DNA of 64,000 nucleotides from the NCBI GenBank assembly GCA_963934795.1, contig CAWWAF010000002.1, positions 21,330 to 85,329 on the forward strand, given 5' to 3'. A model generated the notes under the pieces. The model saw only the letters and a list, made by a program, of their open reading frames with translations, ran no database searches and was not told where the DNA came from. Below are positions 27,420-36,258 of the stretch, in pieces. The position numbers and the translations under genes are program-made. How positions within the stretch are numbered: position 1 is the stretch's first letter; the number at the start of each line of letters is the position of its first letter. This DNA is from an uncultured bacterium. Lineage in GTDB: Bacteria; Acidobacteriota; Vicinamibacteria; Vicinamibacterales; UBA8438.

Positions 27420-28988
27420 CTAGATGCTCAGCGTCGGTTCTCGGCGACGGGTCAGTACCGCTTCGAACATTGTCCGGGACACAAAGACGGCCGTGAACAC
27501 GTTTGCCACCAGCCCGAAGAAGAGGGTCGTCGCAAATCCCTTGATCGGCCCGGACCCGAACTGGAACAAGAAGGCGGCCGCGATCAGTGAGGCGATATGG
27601 GTATCAACGATAGTCAGAAAAACCCGGTCGAACCCGGCTGACACCGCCGCACGCACCCCGCGGGCGGAGACCAGTTCCTCCTTGATCCGTTCAAAAATAA
27701 GCACGTTCGAGTCGACCCCCATACCGATTGTCAGGATGAACCCGGCAATACCAGGGAGCGTCAACACGGCCCGAACATAAGACATGCAGGCCAATAGAAT
27801 CAACAGGTTGAGCGCCACGGCCACGACCGCGTTGATACCTGACAGCCGGTAATACGCCAGCATGAACAGCGCAACAAGCACCAGCCCGGCGACCGACGCC
27901 GTCACACCCGCGCGAATAGAGTCAGCACCGAGTTGCGGACCGATCGTACGCTCTTCCAGATACGTAAGCGACGCCGGCAAGGCGCCGGACCGCAGTATCA
28001 AGGCCAGGTCGGCAGCTTCGTCACTCGTGAAGTTGCCGGTAATCCTGCCCTCATCCGAAATCCGAGACTGGATCGTCGGGGCTGAATAGACCTCACCATC
28101 CATGATGATGGCCAGGCTCCGCCCCAGATTCGCGCCGGTGAAGTTCCCAAACTTTCGTGCACCGTCCCGCGTGAAAGAAAAACTGATAGCCGGCTGGTTG
28201 AATTCGTCGATCGTGGGTCGAGCGTTGCGCAAGTCACGGCCCGTGACCGGCGCCACGCGCCGCACCAAGTAGGAGACCTGCGCGCCGCCGACACTACCCA
28301 GGGACTCGTCGAGGCCGGTGATCACCTCCATGTCCGCCGGCACGACACCATTCCGGGTCTGCAGAAGAAACTCGCGGCTGGGCGCGGGACCCTCCTCCAC
28401 CAGCTTCAGTTCCAAGAGCCCGGTCGAGCGGATGATCTCCTTGGCGCCGGCAACATCCTCCACACCGGGCAGTTGCACCAAAATCTGCTCACTACCGGAG
28501 CCGCCATATGGTGTAACCACCGGCTCCGCGACTCCCAACTCGTCTACACGACGTGCGATGGTCTGCAGCGCCTGCCGCACCGACTCATCGCGACGCACGC
28601 GCTCGACGCTGGGCTCCATCCGAAACGTGTAGGCACCGTTTGGCCGAGATTCGCGGGTGTAGAGCACGCCAATGAGGTCATCCGCGATCGTCCGAAATTC
28701 CTGATCGCGATCGGGTGGCACCCCCGCGACTTGAATCTCGGTGGGAGAGACCGCCGCTGATGATCCGAGCGTAATGCCGCTGAGACCGGCCTGCTCGTTC
28801 AGTTGTTCGGCGCTGGTCTCAGACTCCACGAGCAGCGCGTCGTCGGTCTGCACCTGCAGCACCATATGCACGCCACCGCTGAGATCCAGACCGAGCCGGA
28901 TCGAATCCTCGGGCGGATACACGGCGAAGAGGGCGGCAACCACCACCGCGGCGATCGTCAGCAGCTTCCAGCGTAAATTCTTGGCCAT
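27420..28988 (-). CDS. secD: protein translocase subunit SecD
   Basis: ORF track. LGLDLSGGVHMVLQV and the C-terminal RND-like TM bundle. Confidence 0.9.
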   Translation of the reverse strand: MAKNLRWKLLTIAAVVVAALFAVYPPEDSIRLGLDLSGGVHMVLQVQTDDALLVESETSAEQLNEQAGLSGITLGSSAAVSPTEIQVAGVPPDRDQEFRTIADDLIGVLYTRESRPNGAYTFRMEPSVERVRRDESVRQALQTIARRVDELGVAEPVVTPYGGSGSEQILVQLPGVEDVAGAKEIIRSTGLLELKLVEEGPAPSREFLLQTRNGVVPADMEVITGLDESLGSVGGAQVSYLVRRVAPVTGRDLRNARPTIDEFNQPAISFSFTRDGARKFGNFTGANLGRSLAIIMDGEVYSAPTIQSRISDEGRITGNFTSDEAADLALILRSGALPASLTYLEERTIGPQLGADSIRAGVTASVAGLVLVALFMLAYYRLSGINAVVAVALNLLILLACMSYVRAVLTLPGIAGFILTIGMGVDSNVLIFERIKEELVSARGVRAAVSAGFDRVFLTIVDTHIASLIAAAFLFQFGSGPIKGFATTLFFGLVANVFTAVFVSRTMFEAVLTRRREPTLSI

Positions 28989-29076
28989 GGCTCGTTGTGG
29001 GCGTCCTCGTATTCCGCCGGTGTCTTGTCTACCGTCTCGTGTGAGGGCGCGTCGTTCTACATCAGGCTACATCGGG

Positions 29077-29424
29077 CTACATTGACGCGGCATCTTCCAC
29101 GACAGGATCTTCCCCTTGCAAGCCACCCACGGCCGCGCGCGACACCTCGACCCGCACCTTGTCAGCAATCTGCAACTGCACGGAACGGTCGTTCAACTTC
29201 GTAATGCTGCCGTAGAGGCCACTCGTCGTGATGACCTTGTCGCCCACTTTCAACGCCTCCCTGAATTCCGCTACTTTCTTCTGCCGTTTCCGCATCGGCA
29301 TCAAGATGATGAAGTAGAAGATCGCGAGAATCAGCGCGAAGGGCAGGAACTGCACCCACACTGGCCCGCTCGCGCCTTGTGCAGGAGGGGACATGGCAAA
29401 CACGACAGGCAAAGCAAAAGGCAT
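29077..29424 (-). CDS. yajC: preprotein translocase subunit YajC
   Basis: FYFIILMPMRKRQKK...GDKVITTSGLYGSI motif. Confidence 0.85.
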   Translation of the reverse strand: MPFALPVVFAMSPPAQGASGPVWVQFLPFALILAIFYFIILMPMRKRQKKVAEFREALKVGDKVITTSGLYGSITKLNDRSVQLQIADKVRVEVSRAAVGGLQGEDPVVEDAASM

Positions 29425-29444
29425 AGTCTTCTGAGTATTCGGGC

Positions 29445-30608
29445 CTACGCTCTGGGCCGACGAGAGAACGTCTCGTGAAAACGCTGCCTGAACGTATCGA
29501 ACGAGCCCAACATGATAGCCTCTCTTATTCGACGCATCGTGTCAAGATAGAAGTGTAGGTTATGGAGCGTGTTAAGGATGCTTGCCGACATTTCCCCGGC
29601 CACGAACAAATACCTGAGATACGCGCGAGAAAACCGGCGGCAGGTGTAGCACTCGCACTCTGGATCCGGCGGCCGGGAATCCTCAGCAAATCGCGCATTC
29701 TTGATCGACAGGGGCCCGGTCCGGGTCAGTAGTTGCCCGTTCCGGGCGTTCCGGGTGGGAAGCACGCAGTCAAACAGGTCGATGCCCCGTGCGACGCATT
29801 CGACCAGGTCATCGGGCATCCCGGTACCCATGAGGTATCGCACGCCGGTCTCTGGCAGCATCGGCGTGGTGTGGGACACAACGTCGTACATGACCTCGAC
29901 CGGCTCGCCGACACTCAAACCACCGATCGCAAATCCGTCGAACCCGATGGACACCGTCTCCCGGGCGCTTTCGTCCCGCAGGGCCTTGAACGAGCCCCCC
30001 TGCACGATACCGAACTGCGCCTGGCCGGCATTCGTTACCTGGCCCTCCAGACGAGACGGATGCTCGCTGGTCTCGAGAAATCGGTCGCGTCCTCGGCGCG
30101 CCCACAGTAACGTGCGCTCCATCGAATCTCGCGCGCCCGCTTCCGAGACCGGGTAGCTCGAGCACTCGTCGAAAACCATCGCAATATCCGAACCAAGCTG
30201 CGCCTGAATGTCTGACGCACTCTCGGGCGTCAACCGCTGCAAACTGCCGTCAAGGTGAGACCGAAACGAGACCCCGTCTTCGTCGATCGTACGGCGATCC
30301 CCAAGGCTAAACACCTGATATCCGCCGCTATCAGTGAGCATCGGCCGGTCCCAGCCAATAAACCGATGCACGCCTCCGGCCCGTCCGATGAGTGGCGCAC
30401 CGGGACGCAGGTGTAGATGGTACGTGTTGGCCAGAATCATCTCGACGCCAAGGCCATCGAGGTCGCGATGCGTCACCGCTTTGACCGCGCCACGCGTGCC
30501 AACTGGGGCGAACGCGGGGGTCTGGACGCGACCGTGTGGCGTCTGGAGTACACCGGCACGAGCGGCGCCGTCTCGATGGGTAACCAGGAAAGGGCAACGT
30601 TCAGACAC
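29445..30608 (-). CDS. tgt: tRNA-guanine transglycosylase (queuine tRNA-ribosyltransferase)
   Basis: TPAFAPVGTRGAVK, LANTYHL, DSGGYQV, and the zinc site CxCxxC...H (CECYTC). Confidence 0.95.
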   Translation of the reverse strand: MSERCPFLVTHRDGAARAGVLQTPHGRVQTPAFAPVGTRGAVKAVTHRDLDGLGVEMILANTYHLHLRPGAPLIGRAGGVHRFIGWDRPMLTDSGGYQVFSLGDRRTIDEDGVSFRSHLDGSLQRLTPESASDIQAQLGSDIAMVFDECSSYPVSEAGARDSMERTLLWARRGRDRFLETSEHPSRLEGQVTNAGQAQFGIVQGGSFKALRDESARETVSIGFDGFAIGGLSVGEPVEVMYDVVSHTTPMLPETGVRYLMGTGMPDDLVECVARGIDLFDCVLPTRNARNGQLLTRTGPLSIKNARFAEDSRPPDPECECYTCRRFSRAYLRYLFVAGEMSASILNTLHNLHFYLDTMRRIREAIMLGSFDTFRQRFHETFSRRPRA

Positions 30609-30691
30609 TGCCGTATACTACACAGCGTTGGAACCTAGAGGTTCTTCCACGTTCCCCACCTCGATAATCAACCTATGGTGATGCACTCCTC

Positions 30692-31879
30692 GTGAAGCGC
30701 CTGCGCGTCGGCGTTGTATACGGCGGTCGCTCAAGCGAGCACGATGTGTCGCTCGCCTCGGCGGCCTCGGTCTTCGCGAACCTCGACCGGGATCGGTACG
30801 AGCCGGTCGCGCTCAGAATCGGGCGGGATGGCCGCTGGACACTGGCGGAACGGCCACCGGTTCTCGACTCAGCCGCCCAGACTATCCAGCACGCCCGACT
30901 TGAACAGGCGCGCGGGACACGCGCGGCCCGAGAGGTCCACCTGGTCGCGCACCCGGGTGACGAGACCTTGCTGACGATTGAGCGACGCGGGTCGGGTGAC
31001 GCCGGAACCGATCACACCGGTGACGCCATCGTCAACGGGCTTGGCCTCGATGTGATCTTCCCGATCGTGCACGGCCCCTACGGAGAAGACGGCACCCTGC
31101 AAGGATTGTTGGAGCTGGCCAACATTCCGTATGTCGGGTCCGGCGTCCTGGCAGCCGCTGTGGGCATGGACAAGGCGGTCATGAAGGAGCTGTTCGCGGC
31201 GCGCGGACTCCCGATCGTCCGACACCAAGTCGTCTTGCGGGGAACATGGCGGGCGCACCGCACCGACACGGCGACGCGCCTGGCGACGGCACTGCAGTTC
31301 CCCATGTTCGTCAAGCCGGCCAACCTCGGGTCAAGCGTGGGCATCTCTCGGGTTGCCGGACCCGACACGTTGCCCGCAGCGCTCGACCTGGCGTCGCAGT
31401 TCGACCGTAAGATTGTGGTGGAAGAGGCGGTAACACCCTGTCGGGAGATCGAGTGCGCGGTACTCGGCAACGACATCCCGGAAGCCTCAGTGCCCGGCGA
31501 GGTCGCCACCTCCCGCGAGTTCTATGACTTCGAAGCGAAGTATCTCGACGACCGGTCGACCACGACCATCCCGGCGCAGTTGAGCCCAGACCAGGCCGAG
31601 AGGGTCAAGCGAATGGCCCTCGATGCCTTCCTCGCCATCGATGCGGCAGGGATGGCGAGGGTCGACTTTCTGCTCGGGCGCGACGACGGCCGACTCTTTC
31701 TGAACGAGATCAATACCCATCCCGGTTTCACGACCATCAGCATGTTCGCCAAAATGTGGTTGGCCAGCGGGGTCCCCTACGCGGACATGCTGGACCGGCT
31801 CATTGAGCTGGCCGTCGAGCGTCACGCCGACAAACAGAAGACGCGCACCAGCGGGTTAGAGCCGCCTACTGAGGCGTAG
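30692..31879 (+). CDS. ddl: D-alanine--D-alanine ligase
   Basis: VVYGGRSSEHDVSLASA N-terminus, ATP-grasp core, and C-terminal EINTHPGFT. Confidence 0.9.
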   Translation: MKRLRVGVVYGGRSSEHDVSLASAASVFANLDRDRYEPVALRIGRDGRWTLAERPPVLDSAAQTIQHARLEQARGTRAAREVHLVAHPGDETLLTIERRGSGDAGTDHTGDAIVNGLGLDVIFPIVHGPYGEDGTLQGLLELANIPYVGSGVLAAAVGMDKAVMKELFAARGLPIVRHQVVLRGTWRAHRTDTATRLATALQFPMFVKPANLGSSVGISRVAGPDTLPAALDLASQFDRKIVVEEAVTPCREIECAVLGNDIPEASVPGEVATSREFYDFEAKYLDDRSTTTIPAQLSPDQAERVKRMALDAFLAIDAAGMARVDFLLGRDDGRLFLNEINTHPGFTTISMFAKMWLASGVPYADMLDRLIELAVERHADKQKTRTSGLEPPTEA

Positions 31880-31952
31880 GCGTCCGACCGATAGAACACA
31901 CAACGGGGGTGTGATACCGAAGTGTGTTTTGACTTTTGTGAAAAATTTGTGC

Positions 31953-31980
31953 TTGACACCTCAAATTTCTCACCCATAAT
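31953..31980 (+). promoter_or_regulatory. near-consensus sigma-70 promoter TTGACA-16 nt-CATAAT upstream of the Lys/Ala-rich gene
   Basis: Read directly: gcTTGACAcctcaaatttctcaccCATAATc, inside a visibly AT-richer stretch (31900-32000). A GAGGAGGA Shine-Dalgarno lies 5 nt before the ATG at 32071. Confidence 0.55.
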
Positions 31981-32070
31981 CTACATCTAGTATGAGGCTG
32001 GAACGCTCAGGCCACCTGTTGTGATTCAACACAGGTGCACGGTTGAGTTCCGCAGCGTTGAGGAGGACGA

Positions 32071-32283
32071 ATGGCAAAGAAGGCAGCAGCAAAAAAAGCG
32101 GTCAAGAAGGTAGTCAAGAGGGCGGCCGCGAAGAAGCCGGCGGCTAAGAAGAAGGCCGCAGCGAAGAAGCCCGCAGCGAAGAAGCCCGCAGCGAAGAAGC
32201 CCGCAGCGAAGAAGGCTGTGAAAAAGGTTGTGAAGAAAGTTGTGAAGAAAGCCGCGGCCAAGAAGGGCGCGAAAAAGCGTTAA
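32071..32283 (+). CDS. Lys/Ala-rich histone H1-like (HC1/AlgP-like) putative nucleoid protein
   Basis: The 70-aa ORF is made almost entirely of AAKK/PAAKK repeats. It has a strong promoter, SD and terminator. Confidence 0.75.
   Translation: MAKKAAAKKAVKKVVKRAAAKKPAAKKKAAAKKPAAKKPAAKKPAAKKAVKKVVKKVVKKAAAKKGAKKR
32158..32214 (+). repeat. 15-bp tandem repeat GCAGCGAAGAAGCCC x3 perfect plus a 12-nt partial copy (encodes AAKKP repeats)
   Basis: Counted directly in the sequence. Confidence 0.9.
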
Positions 32284-32298
32284 ACGTTTCCGGACTCC

Positions 32299-32334
32299 AA
32301 AAAAGAAAGGGCGATGTAGTCGCCCTTTTTTTTT
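32299..32334. terminator. bidirectional rho-independent terminator (A-run, GGGCGA-TGTAG-TCGCCC, T9)
   Basis: Read directly. Lies between the convergent H1-like gene (+) and the HEAT-cyclophilin gene (-). Confidence 0.8.
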
Positions 32335-32352
32335 GTACCGCCCCCTGGTCGT

Positions 32353-34575
32353 CTATTCGGATGGCGTCACGCCGTCCCAGACCCGCACCTGCTGGATGAT
32401 GTCTCCTGCCTGCAACTGGTCAACGACGTCCATTCCATTTATGACCCGCGCAAACGCGGGATAGCGGCCATCCAGCTGCGGCTGCGGTGTCGTCGCCACA
32501 AAGAACTGGCTACCGCCGGTATCGGCCCAATCGAGCGCCATCCCTACCGTACCGCGTAGATATGGAAGCGGACTCAGTTCGTCGCGAATGGTGTACCCCG
32601 GTCCGCCTTCGCTGTCACTGCGCGGGTCGCCAGTCTGCACGACGTAGTTCGGCACCACGCGATGAATCAACAGTCCGTTGTAGAAGCCGGAACGAGCGAG
32701 CCGCATAAAGTTGTCGGCGGTCAGCGGAGCCTCATTGACGGCGAGTTCTAGCTGGATCGTGCCTCGGTCCGTATCGATGAAAACGTGGGGAGACACGGAC
32801 GGGGTAATCAGTTCCTCAGCCCGATACGCCTCGACAGGAAACCGCGATGGCGCGGGACGAATGACGGTCGCGGCATCTGTCGACGGGTCGAGCATCGCGA
32901 GATGTTCGGCGGCCCGCACGCGGACAGCCCAGTCCACATCCTCCAACGCCTCGCGGAGCACGTCGAGCGCAAGCGGTCCACCTATCTTGGCCAGACTGTC
33001 GACGGCCGCGGCCCGAGCCAGATAGGAGGGTTCGGCGGCCGCTGCCCGGTACGAGGCCGCAAGTGGCTCGACCGCCGCCCGCGACGCGAGATCTCCGAGC
33101 AACACGGCTGCCGTCTTGCGAACAACCACATCGTCATCCAACAAGTGGCCAAGCAAGACCTCCTCCGCGTTTGGCGCACGCACCGCAACCAGTCCGCGCA
33201 GCACGGCCGGAATGACCCGTCGGTCCTGGTCGTCGAGCAGCATGGTGAGCCGGAATGCGGCGACGTCCGGGGCTACCAATGTGAAGGCCCGGGCCAGTTC
33301 CGCGCGCACCTCCCACTGGGGATCCTGGGGCAACCCGGACAGCACCACGAGAAACAGCTCGGGGTCCAGTTGGGCCAACCCCCGGACGGCGGCTCCACGC
33401 AACCGCGGCGACCGATGGGTTACCAACTCGATCATGATATCGGTCGACTCGCGGGCGCCTACCGCCGTCAGCGCCTCCACCAGTTCGAGCAACAACGTCG
33501 GATCGGGGTCAGGTGTAAGCAGCAACCGACGGATCGCCGGCGCCGCCGTCACGTCCCCCAGTTCACCCAACGCCCGCACCGCGCTCACCACCACGCGCAG
33601 GTCGCGGCGCCGAAGATCGAGTAGCTCGAGCAGTGCGGGCAGCCCTGCGGGATCACCCAAGGCGCCTAGCCCCTTCGCCGCCATGGCAACGCCGATGCTC
33701 CCTTGGGTGCCGACCAGCGTGCTCAATGGCCCCACCGCTCGGACGTCGCCGACCTGCCCCAGTGCGTAGGCGACGGGCCACCACCACAGAATGGGCTCCC
33801 CCTCATCCGTGAGTACCGTGGCGGCGAGCGCGTCATACGCCCCGAGAGACGCCAGCGCATAGATACCGGAACGGAACGCTTCGATGCGGGGGGTGAGCGG
33901 ATACGTGAGGTCCTCCGGGTCGACGGCGTAGGCCTCGGTCACATGCCGCGCGACCATCGTCTGGATCGCATCGACCGCATCGGTCGCGCCAAGCAGCGCC
34001 AGCGCCTGCGCGGCCCGCGCCTGTACGACAGGAGACACGTCTCGCAGCGCGTCAATCAGCGGCTCGGAGGCGATCGGGTCGCCGATGAGCCCCAGCCCGA
34101 AGGCGGCGCTCTCCCGCACTTCCCGCTGGGAGTCAGAGAGCGCGTCCACGACCGTCCCGACCCCACCGGCGAGCCGCACCCGGCCCAACGCCACAACCGC
34201 CCGTCGGCGGACTGCCGCGCTGGCATCTTGCGCGAGACGCGTCAAGTCCGGCACGTCTGACGGCACCACCGGCACCACCGGCACCACCGGATCCATCGGA
34301 AGACCCGGTTCCGACACCCCATCCTGCACCGACGCGGGCGTGGCGTCCGGCTGCACGGGAGCGAGGGGCGACGACGGCGGTTCAGGAGGAGGTAGCGCCG
34401 GATCGCGTAGTAGGCGCTGGTCCTCCAGCTGCAGAATCCACGCCAATTTTTGCTCGTAGGACACCAGCGTCGGTGCGTCCGGCAGGATCACCGGCGGTGG
34501 CATCGCAGAGCATCCGACAAACGTGAGTCCTGCGAGCAGGACACACGCCACGCCGGTGGACCGAGCGGAAGTCAT
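32353..34575 (-). CDS. HEAT-repeat protein fused to a C-terminal cyclophilin-type peptidyl-prolyl isomerase; possible lipoprotein
   Basis: ORF 32353..34887. Start moved to ATG 34575 (MTSARSTGVACVLLAGLTFVGCS); ATG 34611 is also possible. It has long HEAT-like repeats (VRRRAVVALG..., VRESAAFGLG..., VQARAAQALA...). The C-terminus, FYNGLLIHRVVPNYVVQTGDP...GTVGMA...GSQFFV, is a cyclophilin core. Confidence 0.8.
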   Translation of the reverse strand: MTSARSTGVACVLLAGLTFVGCSAMPPPVILPDAPTLVSYEQKLAWILQLEDQRLLRDPALPPPEPPSSPLAPVQPDATPASVQDGVSEPGLPMDPVVPVVPVVPSDVPDLTRLAQDASAAVRRRAVVALGRVRLAGGVGTVVDALSDSQREVRESAAFGLGLIGDPIASEPLIDALRDVSPVVQARAAQALALLGATDAVDAIQTMVARHVTEAYAVDPEDLTYPLTPRIEAFRSGIYALASLGAYDALAATVLTDEGEPILWWWPVAYALGQVGDVRAVGPLSTLVGTQGSIGVAMAAKGLGALGDPAGLPALLELLDLRRRDLRVVVSAVRALGELGDVTAAPAIRRLLLTPDPDPTLLLELVEALTAVGARESTDIMIELVTHRSPRLRGAAVRGLAQLDPELFLVVLSGLPQDPQWEVRAELARAFTLVAPDVAAFRLTMLLDDQDRRVIPAVLRGLVAVRAPNAEEVLLGHLLDDDVVVRKTAAVLLGDLASRAAVEPLAASYRAAAAEPSYLARAAAVDSLAKIGGPLALDVLREALEDVDWAVRVRAAEHLAMLDPSTDAATVIRPAPSRFPVEAYRAEELITPSVSPHVFIDTDRGTIQLELAVNEAPLTADNFMRLARSGFYNGLLIHRVVPNYVVQTGDPRSDSEGGPGYTIRDELSPLPYLRGTVGMALDWADTGGSQFFVATTPQPQLDGRYPAFARVINGMDVVDQLQAGDIIQQVRVWDGVTPSE

Positions 34576-34641
34576 GAAAATCGGTTGGAACGGCGGGTGC
34601 CGCCGACGCATCGTATCACGCGACCCGTCCGCATTCGCGTG

Positions 34642-35328
34642 ATGTGGGAGACCGAGATGAGCCCGGCGGGCTGGTATACTCGCGCCAGGGTGGAGTTCCG
34701 CCATATCGCGATCGAGGGCCCGATCGGCGCCGGAAAAACTGCGCTCTGCCGCAGGCTGGGCGCTCGCCTTGAGGCCACGGTGGTTCGTGACGAGACGAAC
34801 AATCCGTTCCTCACGGACTTCGCGGCCGGACGGCCTGGCGCGGCGTTCCAGGCCCAACTCTTCTCGCTGCTGCGACGCCATCGCCAACAGGTCGAACTGC
34901 GGCAGTCCAGCCTCTTTGCCCAGCAGGTCGTGTCCGACTATCTCTTCGACAAGGACAAGATCTACGCCTACCTCAATCTGGACGACAACGAATTATTCAT
35001 TTACCAGCGTCTCTTCGATCTGCTCGCCGCTGACGTGGCGGCGCCGGATCTGGTCATCTACCTGCAGGTGCCGACTGAGGCCCTGCAACGCCGGGTTGCC
35101 GCGCGAGACCGCGAATATCAAGAGAACGGCGACATACCGCCGGAACCGGATTATCTGCGTGAACTGAATGAGGCCTACACGCACTTCTTCTTCCACTACA
35201 ACTCGACGCCACTCCTCGTCGTCGAAACCTCGCACATTGACCTCGAGTGGGGTGACCCCGCCATCGACGACCTCTTGAAGCAGGTACGCCTGATTGGCCA
35301 AGGGACACGCTACTACGTGCCGCGGTAG
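34642..35328 (+). CDS. deoxynucleoside kinase family protein
   Basis: ORF 34450..35328. Start moved to ATG 34642 (34657 is an alternative). P-loop IAIEGPIGAGKT and a dNK-like DRxxxxD/lid pattern. Confidence 0.8.
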   Translation: MWETEMSPAGWYTRARVEFRHIAIEGPIGAGKTALCRRLGARLEATVVRDETNNPFLTDFAAGRPGAAFQAQLFSLLRRHRQQVELRQSSLFAQQVVSDYLFDKDKIYAYLNLDDNELFIYQRLFDLLAADVAAPDLVIYLQVPTEALQRRVAARDREYQENGDIPPEPDYLRELNEAYTHFFFHYNSTPLLVVETSHIDLEWGDPAIDDLLKQVRLIGQGTRYYVPR

Positions 35329-35335
35329 CCACCCC

Positions 35336-36244
35336 ATGGCCTCGCACACGAAGACACCGGAACCACCCACCGGGCCGGAAAGTTCGGGTCTCTGGCTGAC
35401 CTGCCCGCAGTGCTCGCGGGTGCTGCGGGACCAGGACCGGGCGGCCACGCTCCGCGTCTGTTCGTCGTGTGGCCACCATCTGCCTCTGGGCGCCGCTGCC
35501 AGACTACGCACGTTGCTCGATGACGGACGATGGATAGAGCACGATGCCGGCCTGGCGTCGACCGACCCGCTCGCGTTCGCGGATCGGGCACCGTATCGCA
35601 CCCGCCTCCGGAAGGGCAGCGCCCTTACCGGGCTACGCGATGCCGTGATCACGGCGACCGGCGCCATCGACGGGCTGACCATCGAGGCGGTGGCGATGGA
35701 GTTCGGGTTCATCGGTGGCAGTCTGGGGGTGGTCGCCGGCGAGAAGATCACCCGCGCGGTCGACCGGTCATTGGCGCAGCGTCGACCGTTGGTCGTGGTC
35801 TGCGCGTCCTCGGGCGCGCGCGTGATGGAAGGCACCCTCTCGTTGGTGCAGATGGCGAAGGTCAGCGGCGCCCTGGGGCGGCTCGACAGGGCCCGGGTGC
35901 CGTATCTCACCGTACTCACCGACCCGACCACCGGAGCGGTCGCGGCCAGCCTGGCGATGTTGGCAGACATCACCGTCGCGGAGCCGGACGCGCGCATCGG
36001 CTTTGCACCACCGCAGGTGATTGCGCAAAGCGGCGCGCGTCTCCCACGGGGGTTTCAGCGAAGCGAGTATCTGCTCGAGCACGGGATGGTCGACATGGTC
36101 GTCGACCGCCGCGAATTGGCGCCGACCCTGGCGCGGCTGCTGCGGTTGCTCGGTGTGACCCCCGCCGACGCGAAGGCGTCCAACCCGCCGAACTCGTCGG
36201 ACCGCGTTGCTGCAGACAGCCCCCTCGACCTACCGCTCGAGTGA
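35336..36244 (+). CDS. accD: acetyl-CoA carboxylase carboxyltransferase subunit beta
   Basis: Start moved to ATG 35336. Zinc ribbon CPQC...CSSCGHH followed by the carboxyltransferase domain (GGSLGVVAGEKITRA...). Confidence 0.9.
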   Translation: MASHTKTPEPPTGPESSGLWLTCPQCSRVLRDQDRAATLRVCSSCGHHLPLGAAARLRTLLDDGRWIEHDAGLASTDPLAFADRAPYRTRLRKGSALTGLRDAVITATGAIDGLTIEAVAMEFGFIGGSLGVVAGEKITRAVDRSLAQRRPLVVVCASSGARVMEGTLSLVQMAKVSGALGRLDRARVPYLTVLTDPTTGAVAASLAMLADITVAEPDARIGFAPPQVIAQSGARLPRGFQRSEYLLEHGMVDMVVDRRELAPTLARLLRLLGVTPADAKASNPPNSSDRVAADSPLDLPLE

Positions 36245-36258
36245 CGAAACACGCGACG

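Noticed and set aside
32158-32214. Short direct repeats considered as a possible CRISPR or minisatellite
   Set aside because: There are only ~3.8 contiguous 15-bp units with no spacers. They lie in frame inside the Lys/Ala-rich gene and encode AAKKP repeats.
32007-32261. 84-aa - strand ORF (FFAAGFFAAG repeats) opposite the H1-like gene
   Set aside because: It is the mirror image of the AAKK repeat. The promoter, SD and terminator geometry all favour the + strand gene.
34993-35997. 334-aa - strand ORF overlapping the dNK and accD genes. The same pattern occurs at 36466..37449, 38886..39998, 40273..41091, 44530..45519, 45865..46812, 54686..55639 and 57221..58225.
   Set aside because: Each is antisense to a confidently identified conserved gene and has arginine-rich, motif-free translations. 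This is the standard high-GC antisense ORF artefact.
35530-36258. Long N-terminal extensions of track ORFs. Examples are 35530 for folC, 37464 for lptD, 44413 for glyA, 49648 for divIVA, 40971 for the epimerase and 34450 for dNK.
   Set aside because: The extensions overlap the upstream gene in another frame and translate to Arg/Pro-rich junk. Conserved N-termini begin at internal start codons, which I verified in the sequence.
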